Shown: one piece after another, positions 26,077-64,000 of the stretch
Position numbering within the stretch: the first letter of the stretch is position 1
How the letters are laid out: every line of letters begins with the position of its first letter
Position numbers and translations under genes: made by a program
Assembly (NCBI GenBank): GCA_020137815.1
Contig: CM035350.1
Location: 4,464,001 to 4,528,000, forward strand
DNA from: Hormiphora californensis
Taxonomy: Eukaryota; Animalia; Ctenophora
Length of the DNA: 64,000 nucleotides
Direction of reading: 5' to 3'
The notes under the pieces: model-generated
Database searches by the model: none
What the model saw: the letters and a program-made list of their open reading frames with translations, nothing else
Told to the model about the DNA's origin: nothing

Positions 26077-27642
26077 ATGGCTCCTGCACATGTTTCTGTT
26101 CCCATGAACTTTGGGGTTGAAAATCTAGCTCGAATGCATCATTGTAATGTTCAGATCGACCTCAATGATGGAACGACATTGGGCGCCAACTCCCTCATCC
26201 TGTCCTACAACAGTATCGTGTTCGAGAAACTATTTGAAGAAGACAACTTCACTGCCATGGAAGATTTCGAGGCAGAGAATGCACGGTACTTCATTCATTG
26301 TCTCTATTCAGGGAGCATAAAAATATCAAACTCCAGCTTCCGAGAGCTATCAAAACTAGGAGCTGTTTTCCAAGTGGATTGGGTGAGGTATGAGTGTCAA
26401 AACTACTTCCTCCGGGCCGTCCAATCTCTGAGGAGTTCTGATGAGAAGCAGTTCAGGTTCATAATGGAGGAGGCAACATATGCCAGGCGGGTTTACAAGG
26501 ATTCCCATCTCGTAGACATTGTGGCAAAAGAAATGGATTCCGTAGCCCCTGAAATTCGTAACTCAAATATTATGAGTCACCTGCGATCACAGCTGCCCAA
26601 CTTGTCGGTTGAGGAGTTAGGACATGTTATTAAAGATGACAACAGGGGACTGTATTGTCCTGATTAAATCAATTAGTTTGTTTCTCGATAGTGAGGAGGG
26701 GCACGTACCATGTAAATGTGAAATATCTCCTGGATAGAGTGGATCTAGAATACTGTCTGGAGGTCGATGATGGTTTATTTTATTCACTGTTTGAGAAGTT
26801 AGAGGCCCTGGAAGACTTGTCAGCAGCCGATCTTCGTGAAATACTCCATCTTAGCAACGCGACCACACGGCACTTTATTAACCGGGCAGCCCACCCCTCC
26901 GCTCCCCCAGATAATTCCATACAGAACCTGTTCGCTGGACCTCTCAGTGAAATTATTGGCTCCGCTCCTGACGAAGAGATTTTCTCTATTCTCGCTAACT
27001 CTGGTAAAGTGAAATCTCTCTACATGTTCTTCGAGGGTCTATCGGCGTTCCGAGGTCGCATTTACCCAACTGTCATGGAAATTGATGAAGCGATCAAAAA
27101 GGCGACGCTGGAAACCTATCATACCAGTATTTTTCGAGAGAATGGAGTACTCTTCATATTATTCCGATTACCGTTACAATAACTTGGATCACATCAAGAA
27201 CAACCATATTGATAATAACGATAATTTCGTTATGGAGCTGCCGCAGAAAATGAGGTGGTACGAATTCTTTATGAACACCCGGGAATATGTTTTTGTATTT
27301 TCAAGGTTCGGGCTGACACGTATTCCGGGGTGTACCAGAAGCGAGGGTAAATGTGGTTTGTGTGTTTCTGTAACAGCTGTTAGTGAGGATAATCCGGATG
27401 CGTTTAGTATCGAACTGGTCACTGATGAGGCTTCGTATGGCCATCTCCCTATTCATCGACACCCGGAGATAACACCATCCCGGATTCATCTGGCACTGGT
27501 CTCAACAAGGTGGTCCACTTTCCAGAACTCATACAATCGGAAACCGTTTCTAACTGCTGATGGTGTGAGATATGGTGAGGATGTGTACAGTGCAAGGTCA
27601 ACCGATGAACTGAGAGTGATTGCTTATGTGAGGATAAAATAA
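26077..27642 (+). CDS. Intronless BTB/POZ-domain protein (~520 aa) broken by three apparent +1 homopolymer frameshifts
   Basis: N-terminal CNVQIDL..ANSLILSYNSIVFEKLF..FIHCLYSGSI..ELSKLGAVFQV is BTB-like. The ORFs join if one base is removed at each of ~26632 (aaa), ~26700 (gggg) and ~27097 (aaaaa). Confidence 0.7.
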
Positions 27643-27951
27643 ATGGGCGTTGGATAACATACTTTTTCCGTGGACAAATATGCCTATAAATTTAAACGTT
27701 TTATTTTTGTTATGTGTCTTATATTAGTAAAATAATTTATCATTAGTAAAATAATTTATCACAAAAAATGGTTTTATATTTTAGGAGAAAGATATTTATT
27801 TTGATTATGGATGTTTATTTTTGTTAACTGGTTTTCTATAAATTTGAATTTTCATTGCATCCCCAAACTACTACATCATGTACATTTATCCTTTTATGTT
27901 TCCCCTAGAATGGTACAGGAATAAGAGAAAAACAACAAAGAGAACACAAAC

Positions 27952-30203
27952 ATGGCCAGTCGGACGTTTGTGAAATACAGCCTCTTCGCTTTCAACATCC
28001 TTTTTTGGGTAAGTTATACCTATTCCGACTCCGTCCATCACTTCCCCTCATAATTATTATTGCTAAACTCCATCTATCTCTGACAACCATCCCTCTCTAC
28101 AACTATCTAACAAGTTTATCCCTCAGTTGATGGGCACCTTTCTTCTGGTAGTTGGACTATGGAGTAAAACAGAAAAAGGAAACCTCATGGACTTCAACTC
28201 TATGGCCGTAGATCCCGCTACTGTTTTGCTAGTTGTTGGTGCGCTAATGTTCTGGATTGGTTTCTTTGGCTGGGTCGGAGCCCTCAGAGAAAATGTCAAG
28301 TTCCTCATGGTGGTGAGTTATAGTACCACTTTTGTGGTGTAATAGGGTGTAGGTTGACAGTTCAACTGTGACTAATATATAGACCGAGACAGGGGAGGGG
28401 TGAGATCTTCTTAATTTGACAGGTTTATTAACTTCCCTAAATGATCATCCCCAATTTGTCAAGAAGAAGTAATTTGGTTATACGCCGAGAACCGTTGAGC
28501 GTATAATGATACCTTCCTTCTTACCTTCATAGTCTTTCCAAGGCACTTCCTCACTCTCTCTCAAAGTGATTCTGTTACTCAGTTCTATCCCCCTCCCCAA
28601 CAGCTCAATGATTATCATCTCCCCTAACAGTTTGGTGTTAGGTTAGTTACTATCCCCCGCCCCCCTAGCCTCCCCCTAATTCTCATCCTCCTAACAGTTC
28701 AATGATTCTCATCCCCCCTAACAGTTCAATGATTCTCATCCCCCTAACAGTTTGGTGTCAGTTTGGTGATACTATTCCTGGCGGAAGCAGCAGTTGGAAT
28801 TCTCGCCTTCATAATGAAAGAGAAAGTTAAGGAGGTGGTGCAGGTTCACATGTATGAGTCGATAAAGTCCTACAGAGATGATAGTGACTTGAGGGATGCT
28901 GTTAACGTGGCCCAGCGGACTGTAAGTAACACCATAGGAAAAGAAACAGTGATTTATCAAGCTTTTGTGATATTTCAACTATCGTTCCCTTCCCCAGTTC
29001 AAATATTGTGGACAGTGAATACAATTTATTACCGATTCAATTACATTATATTATTATTGTTCTCCCAATCCCCCAGTTCAAATGTTGTGGTGTAAAGAGC
29101 TTCACTGACTGGCAAGATAACGCATATTTCAAATGTTGTAACGAAGGGATAGAGAGTTGTGGTGTTCCGTATTCATGCTGTAACATTGTAAGTTACACAC
29201 AGTGCTAATTTTATCAAACTGTGTAGTGAGTATACAGCTGTAGTAGACAGTAGACTGACATTCTATCTCTCTCTCTCTCAGACTCTTCAAGTGAATTTGT
29301 TTTGTGGTGTAAACATCATGGATTATAAACAGGAAGAGTTCTGTACGAGCAATCAGACATTCGTCCCATCGGTAAGCAACGCGTCTAATTGCCCGGCGGC
29401 TGGAGTGTTTTTGTATTCACACGCACTCTGACCAATCACACACTCGCCCTCTCACTGACGCACAGTGGGAATTGTTTCTGAGCGCGCAGCACAATTTTTA
29501 TGATGAAAGTAGAGGTTGTTAGCAATGAGCGCGCACACACATTTCAATGAAAACACAACAAACCGCCCGGAATTGTGTCAATTTTGATCAAAATATTTGT
29601 GATATTTGATCCACTTAAATTACTTCTCCCCCTCATTTCCAGAGCAATTTGAAGGAGGACTACGGTGGAGGGAAGCATATCTACGAGGACGGCTGTCTTG
29701 ACACCATGGAAGGGTGGTTCAACAAGAATTTGTACTATGTAGGGGGAGCTGCACTGGGTGTTGCTATTGTACAGGTGCGTGTACAGGAACTTTAGTAACA
29801 CCCTGTACCACTGCCTCACTGCATGGTATACAGTGAGGTATAGGGTGTTATACAGTCCACACGGCTCGTGTTACAAAACATCAAACGTTAAACTGAGTGT
29901 GGGTGATCTAATACACTGACATACACACACAACTTGTAAAACAATGACAAGATACTGACAAACATACAGGTGGCTATAATGCTGGTGACTGCCCGTTTTC
30001 TGGGGATACTAAGAGATTTGGAGTGGAAGGCAGAGCGGATGACAGTGTTTTGAAGTTCATGACAGACAATAACAAAGTGAGACAAACACTATTATCCTCA
30101 CCTCCCTTTAACACCCAGTATTTTATAGGTTGGAGGTGTTTGGTTATCGCAGTCCCTAATTCACAAGATCAAAGTCGCCTCTGCAGGGGGATATTACAAA
30201 TGA
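27952..30203 (+). CDS. Tetraspanin, TspanC8-like (TSPAN5/14/17/33 group); exons about 27952-28008, 28127-28312, 28751-28921, 29077-29187, 29282-29371, 29644-29774, 30129-30203
   Basis: VKYSLFAFNILFW, DP..LLVVG..FFGWVGALREN, FKCCGVKSFTDWQDNAYFKC...SCGVPYSCC, IYEDGC; four TM segments. Confidence 0.9.
28590..28750 (+). repeat. Five degenerate 26-27-bp copies of the tetraspanin exon-3 acceptor
   Basis: Unit ttcaatgattctcatccccctaacag, with CAG ending at 28603, 28630, 28697, 28724 and 28750. Confidence 0.85.
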
Positions 30204-30539
30204 AGGGGAACCAATATTGAATAAAAAGAGACTTGAACACACAATATTATCAGAAAGAGAGAGATACCCAAATAATGAACACTCATGCGCATGATATATG
30301 AACAATTTTTGACGTTTTAATTTACATAGATCACATTTGTAAATGTTCAGAAATTAATTTGAGTTCCATGCTGTTCCCCAAACACGTTCAGCAACCCAAA
30401 AAGTAGATTTGTGTTTTAGTTTTTTCAATAATCGCTCCTTTAAATTTCTATCTGTCCACACATAGCTTGAACCCTTTACTCAACAATTCAGAACCAGATG
30501 GAAGTCGGGTGATGTCTGGAAACACCATGTCGACACCCA

Positions 30540-31718
30540 TCACCACCGTGTTTTCCAAAACAGGCACATTTGTGCCATTTTCCGAGCTCTCTCCCTCAGA
30601 ATCCTAGTACATGCAATGTAAAGAAGGGGAGACAAGGCACAGCTGAGCAGAACACTCACATGCCCCAGATCCAACCAGATCAAATTGGATCCCCTCAGGT
30701 TATTCTCGCTAGTGTATAGGACCAATAGGGTCCAGGGGACGCTGAATGCCAAGTGAACCAAGTTAACAATGACGATCAGCCAAGGTACCTCCCTGAGTCG
30801 CTCCTCCCCGAATACAAGAGCTAGGGAGAGACTCCGGCTGCGGGGCCGAGGCTTCTCTTTTCGTAAACTGCTAAACCCACTGGGAGTGGCCACATGGTTT
30901 TGTAATACCACACCACCAGCAATTTTGTTGCCATCAATGCCCAGAACAGCAGCACAAAAAGGTGCGACGGATTCTCGTTGTTTTGAACCCGAGATATGGC
31001 GTGCTCGTTTTCTATATCGCTGGTTCAGCATCATGACATAACCATAAATCAGTAGTACACACAGGGTGGGCAGGGCTATAGCCATTACCACATACACTAC
31101 TAGATAAGCAGAGCAGTAGGGTGAGGCACGATCAAACAAACACACCCCATGCTCCATGTCCATATAAGGGCTGCACGTGCCCAGAACTGCTGGCCACACC
31201 CCCAGAAACACCGAGTAGAGGAGGAACCCCAGAAGGATGGCAGATTGGACTCTAATGGGTAGGAGAGATCGGTACCGGAGGGGATATCGTACGAATACAA
31301 TCCGGGATATGGCGATTAGTAGTACACTGAAGAGCGGCAGCGAGAGTGCAATCATGCCAACACTCTTCCACAGCCCACATGGTAGTGGTGAGGAGAACAG
31401 GGCGAATAGGAAACATACAGTTAGTTGGAGGAGAAGGAACAACTCACAGGATGTGAAGAGGATCAGAGAGTAGAAGAGGTGAATGAGGCGTCCTTGGTGT
31501 TTCACTACAGTCAATATCAACAGGGTGCATGAGAAGAGAAGAGTGAGGGCTGAGGGAATAATCATCCATTTTGTGAGAAACATGTTCTCCAGTGCTGATG
31601 GAGATATTTCTAGTTCTCCAAAACTAGACCGAGAGGTAGAGAGGCTAGTTGAGAGAGATGGAGCAAGGGTTGGGAAGCCAGTTGAGAGGAAGAATGTTGG
31701 GATTGATGATTGGAGCAT
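30540..31718 (-). CDS. Orphan rhodopsin-like (class A) GPCR, single coding exon, 392 aa
   Basis: Seven hydrophobic segments; Cys at the start of TM3; IAISRIVFVRYPLRY (DRY-equivalent); FSVPW in TM6; SPLLY in TM7. Confidence 0.85.
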   Translation of the reverse strand: MLQSSIPTFFLSTGFPTLAPSLSTSLSTSRSSFGELEISPSALENMFLTKWMIIPSALTLLFSCTLLILTVVKHQGRLIHLFYSLILFTSCELFLLLQLTVCFLFALFSSPLPCGLWKSVGMIALSLPLFSVLLIAISRIVFVRYPLRYRSLLPIRVQSAILLGFLLYSVFLGVWPAVLGTCSPYMDMEHGVCLFDRASPYCSAYLVVYVVMAIALPTLCVLLIYGYVMMLNQRYRKRARHISGSKQRESVAPFCAAVLGIDGNKIAGGVVLQNHVATPSGFSSLRKEKPRPRSRSLSLALVFGEERLREVPWLIVIVNLVHLAFSVPWTLLVLYTSENNLRGSNLIWLDLGHVSVLLSCALSPLLYIACTRILRERARKMAQMCLFWKTRW

Positions 31719-32500
31719 TATGTTTTTCAGCTGGAAATAAAGTCAGAAAACAATCAGTTAACAATAGCAGAAAAGCTAATTTATAGAAACTTGTAATACA
31801 GAGAATTTTGATAAAAAGCAATAATTTAACCTAGTTTTGAATATAGTTTTGTTGTACATTTGCTGTAATAGTTAAAACCAAAAATAACAACTCGCTTAAA
31901 AAATACCAGGAATGTCAGAGAAGTTACTACAAGGGCGGTGATTCCTCACGCGACAAACAACCTGCGTCAGAGCTATACGATATATAGTAATCACACTAGC
32001 ACAGTGAGGGAGTTGTTTAAACAAATTCCAATAACAGTAAACCCCTGTATGTCAATGTGTTAACCGATATTTGAAATGATCTAGAGAGATGATTCGTGAT
32101 ATCGTGGTGCGATCATTGATCTGTAAAGTTAGAACGTGGAAGGAATTTTAGTAAGCAGTTCCCCCAATTAGGTAATTCACACGTGATATAGTACTTGTTA
32201 ACACTTCGGACTCTCATACACAATATACTGTAGGACCACGATTTACTGTGCTGAACAGCCCAGTAAATCGGGGTCCGACAGAAGTACCGACTATCACTAT
32301 CATATTCAGTCGATCCAATAATATCATAGCGGTGTCGGTCATCCCAAATATAATAGTTCAATATAACAATGTATGGCAAAGTAATGTGAAAATTTAATCA
32401 TACTATTGTAGCTTATCGTCCCTACAAAAAACCACAAATTTAATATTGGATGTTATTGTCCGTATTTTCAGTTTCCAAGGGTCAGATGTTTTGATACATT

Positions 32501-59841
<27,341 letters not shown>

Positions 59842-60366
59842 GGTTCAAAACGTTAAAATTGAACTAAAGAATACCTGGGGCAATGAATAGTTTAATATGG
59901 GGCTGTGTGGGGACAGGGAGGATCAAGGACTATAGGGATGATGGGGAGATGAAGATGAGTGTCAAGTGTGCCTGTCTCTTATAGTCTGTCAGTGATAACA
60001 AACGCGGCGTCGTGTCGGGGGGGGGGGGGGGGGTTCAGAAATGAATCCTTAAAAAGTAAACAAGTTTAGTAAATTACACCAGAAGGAGAATAACAATATA
60101 GGGTACCGATTAAACACAATAACTGTTAGAATTATTACAACTTGTCAGTTCTTTACACATTACTCGAGCTAGGGAGCACCAGGCCCCTGGAACCTTAAAC
60201 GAAATCAAACACAATAATAATATTCATCTCTAACAAGTTTTACAGCAGCTGTCATGCTGTTAATTAATTGTTTTAATAATAACTATAACTTCAAAGTTCT
60301 AAAACTTGCCCCGAACGTTACTGCACAAGCCTATGGGCACGTGCATACATCAACAAGTTACATGTG

Positions 60367-64000
<3,634 letters not shown>

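Noticed and set aside
26620-27110. Programmed frameshifting in the BTB gene
   Set aside because: All three shifts are +1 in short homopolymers, typical of sequencing error.

Overview
Intron-rich eukaryotic (animal) genomic DNA with dense (GA)n microsatellites. Nested genes and tight same-strand gene spacing suggest a ctenophore-like genome, but this is inference only. Genes assembled by hand from splice sites and reading frame: SPCS2 (+), PISD (-), FAM184 (-), an intronless BTB-domain gene (+), a TspanC8-type tetraspanin (+), an orphan class A GPCR (-), a 27-kb RNF4-like SIM-RING gene (-), and the 3' part of HEATR5 (-). The RNF4 introns host two paralogous GPCRs, a same-strand sulfotransferase, a CR1-like LINE and nested DNA transposons. 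Most notable observations: (1) four unrelated tandem arrays in four genes, each made of repeated 3' splice-site signals; (2) a symmetric exon in RNF4 resembling the CACTA transposase-associated CPCxxC...HL...G domain; (3) a head-to-tail mini-Helitron dimer, a DNA transposon carrying two tRNA-like Pol III cassettes, and a 3.5-kb foldback element. About 33.7-35.4 kb, 39.0-39.6 kb and 52.9-57.5 kb look like lower-accuracy assembly. All exon models are manual and untested.
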